Origin: Chloroflexota bacterium
GTDB taxonomy: Bacteria > Chloroflexota > Limnocylindria > Limnocylindrales > CSP1-4
Assembly: GCA_021787395.1 (NCBI GenBank)
Contig: JAJYLZ010000009.1
Coordinates: 2,639 to 66,638 of the forward strand
Length of the DNA stretch: 64,000 nucleotides
Direction of reading: 5' to 3'
Shown here: in pieces, positions 31,599 to 41,628 of the stretch
How the letters are laid out: every line of letters starts with the position of its first letter
Numbering within the stretch: position 1 is the stretch's first letter
Translations under genes and position numbers: made by a program
The notes under the pieces: generated by a model
Database searches by the model: none
What the model saw: only the letters and a program-made list of their open reading frames with translations
What the model was told of the DNA's origin: nothing

Positions 31599-31814
31599 CT
31601 AGCTGCCTCCGAGGAGGGCGGTCCTAGGCGGGCCCGCTCCGCGCCGCGGCACGGGGCCTCGCGGGGCGCACCGCGGAGTCTGTCCTCGCCAGCTGAGCGC
31701 CCGATGAGCTGCATCTGAGACTCGGATGGATCGGGTGGCCGTGGGCCTCCTGCTCCTGCCCGCACCCCGCCGGTCGGCGCGTCCTCCGACGGGCGCGATG
31801 CCGCCGGAGGACTC

Positions 31815-32375
31815 TCAGCGCAGCTGGACCGTCGGCGTCGCGGCCGCCGCGGGCTCGGCCGCGAAGTACTCGCGGCGAGTGAACCCCATCATGCCCGCCA
31901 TCAGGACCATCGGGATCGACTGGATGGCAGTGTTGAACGCGCGGACGGCCGCGTTGTAGGCGTCGCGCGCGCCCCTGATCATGTCCTCCGAGGTCGCAAG
32001 CTGGTCCTGGAGCGAGAGGACGTTCTGGCCCGCCTTGAGGTCCGGGTACCGCTCGACGACGGCGAACAGCGAACGCAGCGTCGCCGACAGCGCGTTCTCG
32101 GCCGCGGCCTGCTGGCCCGGGCCGGCCGCGCCCGCCGCGACCGCCGCGGCGCGCGCCTCGGTGACGTCGGTCAGCACCTGCTGCTCGAAGCCCATGTAGC
32201 CCTTCACCGCGGCCACCAGGTTCGGGACCAGGTCGTGGCGGCGCTTCAGCTGGACGTCGATCTGGGACCAGGCCTGGTCGACCTGGTTGCGCATGCGGAC
32301 GACGCCGTTGTACATCCGCACGATCAAGAGCAGCCCCACCACGAAGACGATGACGACGACCAGGACCGCGACCAT
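31815..32375 (-). CDS. lemA: LemA family protein
   Basis: IDVQLKRRHDLVPNLV, ERYPDLKA, YNAAV..FN. Confidence 0.93.
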   Translation of the reverse strand: MVAVLVVVIVFVVGLLLIVRMYNGVVRMRNQVDQAWSQIDVQLKRRHDLVPNLVAAVKGYMGFEQQVLTDVTEARAAAVAAGAAGPGQQAAAENALSATLRSLFAVVERYPDLKAGQNVLSLQDQLATSEDMIRGARDAYNAAVRAFNTAIQSIPMVLMAGMMGFTRREYFAAEPAAAATPTVQLR

Positions 32376-32405
32376 GACGCACCCTCCGCTGCTCAGAGGT
32401 CCAGT

Positions 32406-34766
32406 CTACGCACCCACCTGTCTGGCGCCATCTGGGTCGCCGGCAACATCGAGCTCGAGGGCAACCTCCGGCAGGATCCGATCGAGCCAGGCGGGGAGCC
32501 ACCAGTTCCAGTCGCCGAGGAGGCGCATCGTTGCCGGGACCAGGACGATCCGGACGACCGTCGCGTCGACGAGCACCGCGGCGGCGAGGCCGAAGCCGAC
32601 CTCCTTGACGGCCAGGATCGACGACAGCGTGAACGCCGAGAAGACGACGACCATGATCGCCGCGGCGCCGGTGATCACGCCGCCGGTCCGCTCGAGCCCG
32701 GTCGCCACGGCGTCGACGTTGCCATGGCCGCGGTCATGGAGCTCGCGGATCCGGCTCAGCAGGAACACCTCGTAGTCCATCGACAGCCCGAACAGCACAC
32801 CGAACAGCAGCACCGGGGTGATCCAGTTGACCGCGCCCATCGAGGTGAAGTCGAGCACGCCGGCCGCGTAGCCGCGCTGGAAGGCGAGCACCAGCAGCCC
32901 GTAGGCGGCGCCCACCGAGAGCAGGTTCATGACGACCGCCTTGAGCGGGATGAGGATCGAGCGGAACAGCACGAGCAGCAGCACGAACGTGGCGGCGAGG
33001 ATGATCCCCACGACGAGCGGGAGGCGAGCGTAGAGCGCGTCGACGGCGTCCATCTCGATGGCGGTCGTGCCGCCCACGAGGACGGCGTCGCCGCGCAGGC
33101 CTGAAATGGCCGGCACGATCTCGCCGCGGAGAGTGCGGACGGCGTCCCGCGCCGATGCCGAGCCGGGGTCGTCGCGGAGGTAGGCCAGCACGACGGTCAC
33201 GTTGCTGCCGCGGTCGAGGTTGACGACCTGGCCGACTGCCGGCCGGAGCGTCGCGGGCACCGCCGCGAAGCCGTCCGCGTACATGGCCTGGTACGCCGCG
33301 AGGCCGAGGCTCGGGTCGAGATTGGTGAGACTCGTCGCCCCGCTGAAGTGGGGATCGGCCTCGATCGCCCGGGTCAGGGCATCCAGGGCGGTCAGGGTGG
33401 CCGGCTGGCCGACCCCGCCCGGGGCGTCGATGACGACCTGGACCGGCGCGATGACGCCCGGTCCGAAGTCGCGCGCCATGACCTCGTAGCCCTGCCGGCT
33501 CTGGGCGTTGCTGCCCAGCAGCTTGACCCCGAGCGACCCGGTCTGGAGCGAGAAGACTGGCCACGCGAGCAGGGCGATCACGGCCAGGCCCGCCGCCAGG
33601 AACCGCACCGGCCGGCGCATGACCGCGTGCGCCCAGCTCGCCCAGAAGCCGCCACGGTGCGTGCGCCCCACGAGCCGCGCCAAGCCTGCCGGCCACTCGA
33701 TCCGGTCGCCCAGCAGCGTCAGCAGCGCCGGCAGGAGGGTCAGGGCGGCGGCCACGGCCACCAGCGCGACGAGCACCCCACCGATGGCCATCGACATGAC
33801 CGTCGGCTCGCCGGCGGCGAGCAGCGCCAGCAGACCGATGGTCACCGCGAACGCTGAGAAGGCGACCGCCTTGCCGGCGTGGCGCACGGTCTCGACGACT
33901 GCCACCTCAACCGGCCGTCCCGCCCGTCGCTCGACTCGGAAGCGGCTGAGCAGGAACAGCGAGTAGTCGATCCCGAGACCGAGGCCGAGCATCGTGGTGA
34001 AGTTCTCGAGGAAGACCGAGAGGTCCATGAGCTGGCCGACCGCGAAGGCCAGTGCCAGGGCAACGACGATCGCGATCAGGCCGATGACGAGGGGAAGACT
34101 CGCCGCCACGAGGGCCCCGAACACGAGGACGAGAACCACGGCGGCAACGGGAAGGCCCACCGCTTCGGCCTCGGCGAGGCTCTTCTGGCTGGCGGACGTG
34201 ATGTCGGCGTGGATCGCCTCAGTGCCGGTGACATACACATGGAGCCAGGCGGGGGTCTGTGTGGCGGACACCACGTCGATGAGCCGGCCGGACGCGTTCA
34301 TGCCGTCCGAGTGCGTCGTGGAGCGCAGGTTGAGGAGCATGTAGGTGGTGTGGCCGTCGGCGCTGACGAGCCGACGGTCGCCAGAGGCGTAATAGCCGTC
34401 GGCGCTGACGAGCCGACGGTCGCCAGAGGCGTAATAGCCGTCCACGCTGGTCACGAGCCCTGTCGCCTGGACGGTGCGCATCACTGATTGCGCCGCTTCG
34501 CGGTAGGCAGGGTCATCCACGGTCCGCTTGTCGCTGGTGATGACGAGCTGCTCCTCGAACGGACTGCGACTGGTGAACTCGGATGCCACCAGGTCCGCAG
34601 CGGCCTGCGAGTCGCCAGTGTTGCCCGTGACGAACTGCCGGGCGAAAACCTCCTGGAGGCGCGGGGCGAAGACGCCGCCGAGGGCGAGGATCCCGACCCA
34701 TGTCCCCACGACAAGCCACCGCCGGGCGACGGCCAGGCGGCCGAGGGCGGTGAAGAAGCGGTCCAT
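32406..34766 (-). CDS. MMPL family transporter
   Basis: GLGIDYSLF..RF, GLSMDYEVFLLSRIRE, DATVVR..LVPA, NWWLP. Confidence 0.93.
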   Translation of the reverse strand: MDRFFTALGRLAVARRWLVVGTWVGILALGGVFAPRLQEVFARQFVTGNTGDSQAAADLVASEFTSRSPFEEQLVITSDKRTVDDPAYREAAQSVMRTVQATGLVTSVDGYYASGDRRLVSADGYYASGDRRLVSADGHTTYMLLNLRSTTHSDGMNASGRLIDVVSATQTPAWLHVYVTGTEAIHADITSASQKSLAEAEAVGLPVAAVVLVLVFGALVAASLPLVIGLIAIVVALALAFAVGQLMDLSVFLENFTTMLGLGLGIDYSLFLLSRFRVERRAGRPVEVAVVETVRHAGKAVAFSAFAVTIGLLALLAAGEPTVMSMAIGGVLVALVAVAAALTLLPALLTLLGDRIEWPAGLARLVGRTHRGGFWASWAHAVMRRPVRFLAAGLAVIALLAWPVFSLQTGSLGVKLLGSNAQSRQGYEVMARDFGPGVIAPVQVVIDAPGGVGQPATLTALDALTRAIEADPHFSGATSLTNLDPSLGLAAYQAMYADGFAAVPATLRPAVGQVVNLDRGSNVTVVLAYLRDDPGSASARDAVRTLRGEIVPAISGLRGDAVLVGGTTAIEMDAVDALYARLPLVVGIILAATFVLLLVLFRSILIPLKAVVMNLLSVGAAYGLLVLAFQRGYAAGVLDFTSMGAVNWITPVLLFGVLFGLSMDYEVFLLSRIRELHDRGHGNVDAVATGLERTGGVITGAAAIMVVVFSAFTLSSILAVKEVGFGLAAAVLVDATVVRIVLVPATMRLLGDWNWWLPAWLDRILPEVALELDVAGDPDGARQVGA
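34353..34442. repeat. 42-bp in-frame tandem duplication in MMPL
   Basis: Two identical 42-bp units encoding DGYYASGDRRLVSA. Confidence 0.9.
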
Positions 34767-34768
34767 GG

Positions 34769-35443
34769 TCACACCTCGGGAGAGTGCAATGCGGTGGCGG
34801 CCGGCGCCTCGCCGGCCGCGGCGGACGGGGCGTCGCCCGGCGGCAGCTGGCTGGGTGCGACCAGGCCGTACAGCTCGAAGTCGAGCAGCTCCTCGGCCAG
34901 CCGGCACAGGTCGGACGTCCGCCCTTCGGTCACGATCGTCCAGGTCGCGGTATGGACCAGGAGGCCGACGATGGCCCGGGCGATGGGGGCGGCGGACAGC
35001 GGGCGGAGAAGCCCGCTCGCAGCCCCCGCCTCGAGGTAGGCCGTCGAGATCCGCTCGGTGTCGCGGATCAGCCGCGCGCGGATCTCGCTGCTGCGCCCGA
35101 CAGGCGGCCCGCCGAGCACCAGCCCCGCGACGCCGCGGTTCCGCGCGCACAGCTCGAAGGTCGCGGTGTAGAGGTCCGCGAACCTGTCACGCAGGTCGAC
35201 GGTGGACCGGATGTCATCCCAGCGGATTCTCGCGGCGACGCCTCGCACTGCCTCGGCAAACCGCTCCAGGACCGCCTCGTAGAGCCGCTCCTTGCTCTCG
35301 AAGTAGAGATAGACGGTTCCCTGGGCGACACCGGCCGCGCGGGCGATCTCGCTCACGCGAGCGTCGTGGTAGCCGCGCGCGCCGAACACCTCGGCGGCGG
35401 CATCGAGCAGGCGGTCGGCCGTGATGTGGGGTGCCATCGGCAT
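34769..35443 (-). CDS. TetR-family regulator
   Basis: IARAAGVAQGTVYLYFESKE. Confidence 0.92.
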   Translation of the reverse strand: MPMAPHITADRLLDAAAEVFGARGYHDARVSEIARAAGVAQGTVYLYFESKERLYEAVLERFAEAVRGVAARIRWDDIRSTVDLRDRFADLYTATFELCARNRGVAGLVLGGPPVGRSSEIRARLIRDTERISTAYLEAGAASGLLRPLSAAPIARAIVGLLVHTATWTIVTEGRTSDLCRLAEELLDFELYGLVAPSQLPPGDAPSAAAGEAPAATALHSPEV

Positions 35444-35451
35444 GTCCTAGC

Positions 35452-35469
35452 TGACTGATTGGTCAGTCA
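35452..35469. promoter_or_regulatory. TetR operator
   Basis: TGACTGA-TTGG-TCAGTCA just upstream of the tetR ATG. Confidence 0.8.
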
Positions 35470-35725
35470 TCAGCCTGCAGGCGACGCGTGAGCTGGCCGT
35501 TAAACACGCCTGAAACGTCGATGAGGAAGCCCGTCGAGCGCCGAGCGCTGGAGCGCGCCCCGGCGAGGCCAACCGCGCCGTGTCGCGCACATCGCGCGAG
35601 GCAGGGGTCGGACTCGCCGATCGGGCCAGTCCTCTCGCCCAGCGACTACCGATGTGGCGCTTCAAGCGCCCGATCGAGCGCGTGGCCCCACGCGTCCCTG
35701 CGTCGATTGCGCCGCCGGACAGCGT

Positions 35726-36196
35726 CTACCGGGGCCGGTTCCACCGCCTCGTGCTCGGCCAGCTCGAGATCCAGGGGGCGACCCACTCGGCGTCCTCGTA
35801 CGCGAAGGGCGGGTACGGGTCGAGGAAGGACCGCGCGTCGCCGTCGACAGGGCCAGGGTCCTTGCTGGCCGGCTCGACGACCCGCTCGAGGGTCGGTCTG
35901 ATGAAGACGTCGTCCTTCGTGATCCGCTCGATCGCCTCGACCGGCACGAACGACCTGGCTTCGCCGAGGTGGAGCCATCCCCCGGACGCGATCTCGAGGA
36001 ACCGAACTCTCCCCACGGCATCGTCGACGAGGAGGTGCTCGATGCGGCCGACCTTCTGGCCGGTCGGGTCCCTGACGACCCGCCCGCGAAGGTCCTCCTG
36101 GTCGCGGGAGACGGTCCTTCCCGCGTTTCGCAGGCGGCTCAGGGTCGGAGGCGGCAGCCGCCGATCGGTCGTGGTGATGTGGTTGTCGGGATTCAT
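35726..36196 (-). CDS. PRC-barrel domain protein
   Basis: DLRGRVVRDPTGQKVGRIEHLLVD...GGWLHLGE...VPVEAI. Confidence 0.8.
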   Translation of the reverse strand: MNPDNHITTTDRRLPPPTLSRLRNAGRTVSRDQEDLRGRVVRDPTGQKVGRIEHLLVDDAVGRVRFLEIASGGWLHLGEARSFVPVEAIERITKDDVFIRPTLERVVEPASKDPGPVDGDARSFLDPYPPFAYEDAEWVAPWISSWPSTRRWNRPR

Positions 36197-36452
36197 GGCG
36201 CGGCCTCCGCCTCGTGTTGTCCGATTCGTCCTCGACACGATCCTGCCCCTTCGGGGTGAGCCCCCCGTGATCCTGGGCTGAGCGGCAGGTGAGGAGATCC
36301 GCCATGCCGGCCCGCGTTGCATGGGGACGTTGGTCCGGAGGCCGTCAGCAGGTGCGAGCCCGAAGCCGTGCCCGCCGGCTGCATCGGCTGACGAATGTGC
36401 AGACGGCCCGTGTCGCACACCCCCTCATGAGGACCCGAGCGATGGGCGTCAT

Positions 36453-36606
36453 GGGGTTCGGCTGGTCCCGGTCTGCGGGATAGAGATTCGCCGCGAGGAT
36501 GCGGCCGCGACCACCGGCCGCGAGTAGGCTGACCCGCTGCTTCTCCTGACCGCTACTTCTGCAGCCAGGCCTGCCACGACACGGTGATCAGGGATCCCAA
36601 TCCCCA
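36453..36606 (+). pseudogene. Decayed YHS-domain gene
   Basis: VPVCGIEIRREDAAAT..* then in another frame RYFCSQACHDTVIRDP; resembles 62639-62833. Confidence 0.55.
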
Positions 36607-36784
36607 CGGCATCCCGCCGCGGGCCACGCCGACACGGCAGGCCCGGCCACTGGTCGGCACCGGGGGCGCGGAGGCTCAGCCGGACCGCCTGGCCGTGCAC
36701 GTCTCAGCGCCGCTTCACCTCGGGCTAAGCCTCCGGAGCAACGATCCCGGCGACCCAAGGCGGAGCCATGGAGGTGCACTCTAC

Positions 36785-37021
36785 ATGGGGGACCTGCTGC
36801 TGGACCCAGTCTGCGGGATGGAGATCGAGTCCGGCGGGGCGGTCGCGAGTGCCGTGGCCGAGGGGCGGCGCTTCCACTTCTGCTGCCCACGCTGCTACGC
36901 CGCCTTCCTCGACACGCCGCATCGCTACGTCGGCTGGCCGGGTGAGCCGGTGCGGCCGGTCCCCGTGGCGGTCGCCCCGCCCACGAGCTCGCGCCTCGGG
37001 CGCTGTCCGTTCGCTTCCTGA
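36785..37021 (+). CDS. YHS-domain protein
   Basis: DPVCGM...FHFCCPRC..F..P; RBS GGAGG. Confidence 0.8.
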   Translation: MGDLLLDPVCGMEIESGGAVASAVAEGRRFHFCCPRCYAAFLDTPHRYVGWPGEPVRPVPVAVAPPTSSRLGRCPFAS

Positions 37022-37132
37022 GGATGCCCGGCGCCGTGCGGTCCGGCCTCAAGGACCGCGGCGGGTCACGCCAGGCGTGAGCGCCCCGAAAAGCCCGTAC
37101 CGCCGATCGGCGACTTGCCTGCGGGCGCCGTG

Positions 37133-37435
37133 TCAGTGGCAGCCGCCGCTGTGCTTCGGCGGAGCGTCGACCTCGCTCACGGGCGCCTGGCCAGGGTCGG
37201 CCGACGCATTCTCGCCCGCGTGCCCCGCATGCCCTCCGTGGCCGCCATGCGCTCCGTGGCCGAAGAGGTGCATGCCGATCATGCCCCCGAACAGCCCGAT
37301 CGTCAGCAGGGACTCCGGCGTCAGGACGCCGAGGTAGAGGAGCGCCGCAGCGACGGCGGCCGCCGCGATCGCCGGGAGCAGCCACCGCGGCCGGCTCCCG
37401 GACCGATGGGCCGTGTCGTCGGCGTTGGTGATCAT
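37133..37435 (-). CDS. DUF2933-like His-rich membrane protein
   Basis: 2 TM, MHLFGHGAHGGHGGH, C-terminal GGCH. Confidence 0.7.
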   Translation of the reverse strand: MITNADDTAHRSGSRPRWLLPAIAAAAVAAALLYLGVLTPESLLTIGLFGGMIGMHLFGHGAHGGHGGHAGHAGENASADPGQAPVSEVDAPPKHSGGCH

Positions 37436-38247
37436 GCGGTTGCCTCCAAGCGCGCTGAGGGGGAGTTGACGAGACGGGCGCGACGCCTCGCCAAGACGGC
37501 GAGGCCGATCCCGGCGATGCCGATCGCGATCCCGATCAGCTGCGCCGTCTTGAGGCCGAGCAGGACGCTCGGCTCGTCGCGCAGGAAGAACAGCACGAAG
37601 CGGATGGACGCCAGCCCGACGAGGTAGGCGGCGGCCAAGGCGCCCGGCACCATGAACGGTTGGCGGCGGAGGGTCCAGAGCACGACGAACAGGCCGAGCA
37701 GCGCGATTGCCTCGTAGGCCTGGGTCGGGTGGAGGGGCGTGCCCAGCGGCGCCATCGCCGCCGGGTTTCGGTAGATCACGGCCCACGGGACCGTCGTCGG
37801 GATGCCGGCGGAGTCGCCGCCGATGAGGCACCCGACGTGGCCGATCGCCTGGCCGACGGCTGCGGCCGGCGCCGCCACGTCAAGGGCGCTCATCCAGCCG
37901 ACGCCTCGCCGACGCGCGAAGACGACCAGAGCCGACGCCCCGGCGACCAGGCCCCCGTAGAACGACAGCCCGCCGGTCCACACCATGAGGAGGTGGACGG
38001 GGTGCGCGGCGAGGTCGGGAAGGCCGTTCTGCAGGGCGTAGAGCAGCCGCCCGCCGGCGAGGGACGCCACGGCAACCCAGAGCACGGCGTCGGCGACGAC
38101 CCCCCCCGGCAGCCTCCGGCGGCGGGCCTCGTGGTCGGCGACCGCAGAGGCGACGAGCATCGCGAGGACCAGCGTCAGGCCGTACCAGCGGATGTCCACA
38201 CCAGCGACCCGGAACGCGACCGGGTCGATGTCGATGACGAAGGGCAC
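37432..38247 (-). CDS. lgt: Prolipoprotein diacylglyceryl transferase family protein
   Basis: IRWYG, GGRL.Y, GGLSFYGG, HPTQAYE. Confidence 0.85.
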   Translation of the reverse strand: MPFVIDIDPVAFRVAGVDIRWYGLTLVLAMLVASAVADHEARRRRLPGGVVADAVLWVAVASLAGGRLLYALQNGLPDLAAHPVHLLMVWTGGLSFYGGLVAGASALVVFARRRGVGWMSALDVAAPAAAVGQAIGHVGCLIGGDSAGIPTTVPWAVIYRNPAAMAPLGTPLHPTQAYEAIALLGLFVVLWTLRRQPFMVPGALAAAYLVGLASIRFVLFFLRDEPSVLLGLKTAQLIGIAIGIAGIGLAVLARRRARLVNSPSARLEATA

Positions 38248-38256
38248 CGGTTGGCC

Positions 38257-38769
38257 TCAGCGGCGTTCGGCGGCGCGGCGCGGCGCCGCAGCAGTCCGGA
38301 GGACGGTCAGCGCCGTCACCAGGCTCGCGAGGGCCGCGGCGAGCCAGGTCGCGAGGACCGGTGCGCCGGCGAGGACCGACGCGCCCAGCAGGAGGACGAG
38401 TGCCGAGAGGAGGATCGCCCAGGGCCAGGGACCGCGGCCGCCACCGCCCCTGTGGTGGCCGGAACCCGCGCGGCGGACGATGCGCCCGCGGTAGCGGCCC
38501 ATGCCGCACGTGAACCGGACCTCCCCCGGCCCCGCCGCGGGGAGGTCGACCACGGTGGTCGCGCCCGGCGCCAGGTGCCTGACGAGGCGCGGCTCCGAGA
38601 ACACGACGCGGTCCGAGCACTCGTGGGCGTCCACCCTGTGGAACACGAGCCTGATCGGGGTGTCGGCCGCCACCTCGACCAGGCTGGGGTGGTACCCATT
38701 GGCGACCAGGATCTCGACCGTCTGCGCGTCCTCAACCGACACCTTGCCGCGACCGCCGATCACCGCCAT
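38257..38769 (-). CDS. Cupredoxin-domain (CupA-like) protein with C-terminal TMs
   Basis: GYHP, ECSDRVVF, FTCGMG. Confidence 0.75.
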   Translation of the reverse strand: MAVIGGRGKVSVEDAQTVEILVANGYHPSLVEVAADTPIRLVFHRVDAHECSDRVVFSEPRLVRHLAPGATTVVDLPAAGPGEVRFTCGMGRYRGRIVRRAGSGHHRGGGGRGPWPWAILLSALVLLLGASVLAGAPVLATWLAAALASLVTALTVLRTAAAPRRAAERR

Positions 38770-38963
38770 GCGACGGCTCCGAACCCCGCGAGGAGGATCA
38801 CCGCGAGCAGCACGACCACCAACCAGGTCGCCGGGTGCGTCATGACGCCCGCGGCTGCCCCCGCGCACGACCTGGTCGCCGCGCCGCCCCCCACGACCAG
38901 GTCGAGGAGGACGAGCGCGCCGACGGCGATGAGCAGGTAGCCGAGGATGTCCACGGCCGTCAC
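38760..38963 (-). CDS. Small membrane protein
   Basis: Two hydrophobic helices; first gene of the operon, after a class A array at 38979-39015. Confidence 0.55.
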   Translation of the reverse strand: MTAVDILGYLLIAVGALVLLDLVVGGGAATRSCAGAAAGVMTHPATWLVVVLLAVILLAGFGAVAWR

Positions 38964-39122
38964 GTTCGTCTGGCCAGATGAACGCGGGATGAGGCGCTGG
39001 TAATGCACGGCTGAGAATGCCGGCGTCCCAGCCCAGTTCAAGGCTTGCCTCGGGCCTCGCGGCTGAGAACCCTGCTGGGTGCCGCTGAGTCCGGCGAGAG
39101 CGGATCCGGGGGCCCGTTCGGC

Positions 39123-40364
39123 TCAGGCGCGATCCAGGGCGCTGGCGATGTCCCGGAGCAGGTCGTTGGGCGACTCGACCCCCACCGACAGCCGCACCAG
39201 CGCCGGGTCGATCGCCAGCGACGAGGCGGCCACCGACATGTGGGTCATCGCGGCCGGGAGCTCGACCAGGGACTCGACCCCCCCGAGCGACTCGGCGAGC
39301 GTGAACAGGCGGGTCCCCTCGCAGAAAGCAGTCGCCCGTTCGGGCGCAGACTTGCCCGCACGACCGCCGGAGGCGGGGATGAACGAGATCATCCCCCCGA
39401 AGGCCGGCTCGCCGGTCTCCGCGTGGCGCATCTGGCGCGCCGCGATGGCGGCGCCCGGGTGCGCGTGCCGCCCGTCGCGCAGGCCCGGGTAGCTGACCCA
39501 CGCCACGTCCGCGCGTCGCGCCAACAGCTCCGCCACCAGGTTGGCGTTCGCGGAATGCCGGGCCATCCGGAGCGGCAAGGTGCGGAGGCCGCGCAGGACG
39601 AGGAAGCAGTCAAGCGGCCCAGGCACGGCGCCCATGGCGTTCTGGATGAACCGGAGGCGATCAGCGAGGCCGTCGTCGCTCACCACGACGACCCCCAGGA
39701 CGGTGTCGGAGTGGCCCCCGAGGTACTTCGTGGCCGAGTGGAGGACGATGTCCGCGCCGAGCTCCAGGGGGCGCTGGAGCGCCGGCGATGCGAACGTGTT
39801 GTCGACGACAAGAAGCGGTCGGTCTTCTCGCGAGCCCGAGTCGCGGACGAGCGAGGAAACCGCGGAGATGTCGACCACCTTGAGCAGCGGGTTGGACGGC
39901 GTCTCGACCCACACGAGCCGCGTCCGGCCGTGCCTCGCTCCCAGGACGGCCTCAACGGCGCCGCCCGCCAGGTCGACATATCGCGTCGTCGCGGCACCGC
40001 CGGCCTTGTGCACGCGCTCGAGGTACCGGAACGTGCCGCCGTAGACGTCATCGCCCACGAGGATCTCGCTGCCGGGGCCCGCGAGCTGGGCGATGGCCGC
40101 GGTGGCCGCGGAGCCGGACGCGAACGCGATCCCGTGGCGCCCGCCCTCGAGGTCCGCGACGGCGCGCTCGAGGCGTTCGCGCGTGGGGTTCTGGGACCTC
40201 GCGTACTCGTATCCCCGCCGCGGGCGGCCGACGCCGTCCTGGGCGTAGGTCGAGGTCTGGTAGATCGGCGGGGAGACGGCCCCCGTGACCTCATCCGGCT
40301 CTGCTCCGGCGCGCACGGCGCGCGTTGCGAAGGCATGCCCGTTTCCGCGGCGTTGCGTCTCCAT
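39123..40364 (-). CDS. Cystathionine gamma-synthase/lyase family PLP enzyme
   Basis: PIYQTSTY, YARSQNPT, ETPSNP, VDNTF, SATKYLGGHSD, ESLGGVESL. Confidence 0.92.
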   Translation of the reverse strand: METQRRGNGHAFATRAVRAGAEPDEVTGAVSPPIYQTSTYAQDGVGRPRRGYEYARSQNPTRERLERAVADLEGGRHGIAFASGSAATAAIAQLAGPGSEILVGDDVYGGTFRYLERVHKAGGAATTRYVDLAGGAVEAVLGARHGRTRLVWVETPSNPLLKVVDISAVSSLVRDSGSREDRPLLVVDNTFASPALQRPLELGADIVLHSATKYLGGHSDTVLGVVVVSDDGLADRLRFIQNAMGAVPGPLDCFLVLRGLRTLPLRMARHSANANLVAELLARRADVAWVSYPGLRDGRHAHPGAAIAARQMRHAETGEPAFGGMISFIPASGGRAGKSAPERATAFCEGTRLFTLAESLGGVESLVELPAAMTHMSVAASSLAIDPALVRLSVGVESPNDLLRDIASALDRA

Positions 40365-40539
40365 GCGTTCCCTGCCCATCTGGTCTGGTGATCGGTCGTG
40401 AGACGACGGACGCCCTCGAGGCCACTCAGCGGGAGGGGCCGATCTCGACGCTCCGGATGATGCCCTCGCTAATGAGCAAGATTCGGGCCTGGCCGAGACT
40501 CGGTCAAGCGAGCGGGGGCTGCGTCCGCCGAGCGTGCAA

Positions 40540-41628
40540 TCAGGGCGCAGGGAGCTCCACAAGGAACGTGGCCCCCATGCCGAGGCCGGCGCTCTCGGCC
40601 CACGCTCGGCCCCCCATCGCGTTGGCCAGGGCGCGGACGATCGCAAGGCCGATGCCAGCGCCACCGGCGGATCGCGTGCGGGCCGGATCGACCCGGTAGA
40701 AGCGCTCGAAGACGGCCTCGAGCTGGTCCGCGGCGAGCCCTTGGCCCTGGTCGGTGACCCGGAGCCTGCCGGCCCCGGAGGCCACCTCCGCCGCGACCTC
40801 GATCGACGAGTTGTCCGGCGCGTACCGGAGCGCGTTCGAGAGGTAGTTCGAGACGATCTGGGCGACGCGGTCGCGGTCGGCCATGACTGGCAGGCGGCCG
40901 GCGGGAGCGGCCAGCCCGATCCCTCGCGCGTCGGCCTGCGGCGCGAACCGGGCAATGACCTCCCGAGCCACCTCGGCCGCGTCGATCTCCTCGGTGCGCA
41001 GCGGCAGCTGGTGCGCCTCGGCCCGCCACAGCTCGGCGAGCTCGTTGACCATCCTCGTCAGCCGCGAGGTCTCGGCGCGGAGCAGGTGCCACGTCTGGGG
41101 GCTCGACTGGATCACGCCGTCCTCGAGTCCCTCGAGGTAGCCGTCCAGCGTCGCCAGCGGCGTGCGCAGCTCGTGCGCCACGTCGCCGACCAGCTGGAGC
41201 CGCCTCCGCTCGGTGGCCTCGAGGGACGCCGCCATGTCGTTGAACGACGCCGCGAGGTCGGCGATCTCCCCGGGCTCGTCGGTCTCCACCCGCTCGGCGT
41301 AGTGGCCGGCGGCGATCCGCCGCGACGCGTCGGCGAGGCGGGTGACGGGCCGAGCGATCCGTGCGGCGACGGCAACGCTGACGACGGCTGCCGTGATCAC
41401 CGCGATGACCGTGGCCGCGAGGAGCGCCCGGCGCATCGCGTCGATGAACGCCATCTGGGTGGCCATTGCCATGGCCTCGCCCATCGGGTCGCCCGGGACG
41501 TGGCCCATCGCCTCCGAGAAGTAGCTGGGGCCCACGAGCAGGACCGCCGCGCCGACGGTGCCCAGCGCCGCGGCCGCGACGGCCACGAACGCCGCCAGCA
41601 GCCGAGCACGCAGCGACCGGGGGATCAC
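40540..41628 (-). CDS. HAMP sensor histidine kinase (CopS/BaeS-like) with Met-rich loop
   Basis: AHELRTP, N..RY, D.G.G, FERFYR, GIGL. Confidence 0.93.
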   Translation of the reverse strand: MIPRSLRARLLAAFVAVAAAALGTVGAAVLLVGPSYFSEAMGHVPGDPMGEAMAMATQMAFIDAMRRALLAATVIAVITAAVVSVAVAARIARPVTRLADASRRIAAGHYAERVETDEPGEIADLAASFNDMAASLEATERRRLQLVGDVAHELRTPLATLDGYLEGLEDGVIQSSPQTWHLLRAETSRLTRMVNELAELWRAEAHQLPLRTEEIDAAEVAREVIARFAPQADARGIGLAAPAGRLPVMADRDRVAQIVSNYLSNALRYAPDNSSIEVAAEVASGAGRLRVTDQGQGLAADQLEAVFERFYRVDPARTRSAGGAGIGLAIVRALANAMGGRAWAESAGLGMGATFLVELPAP

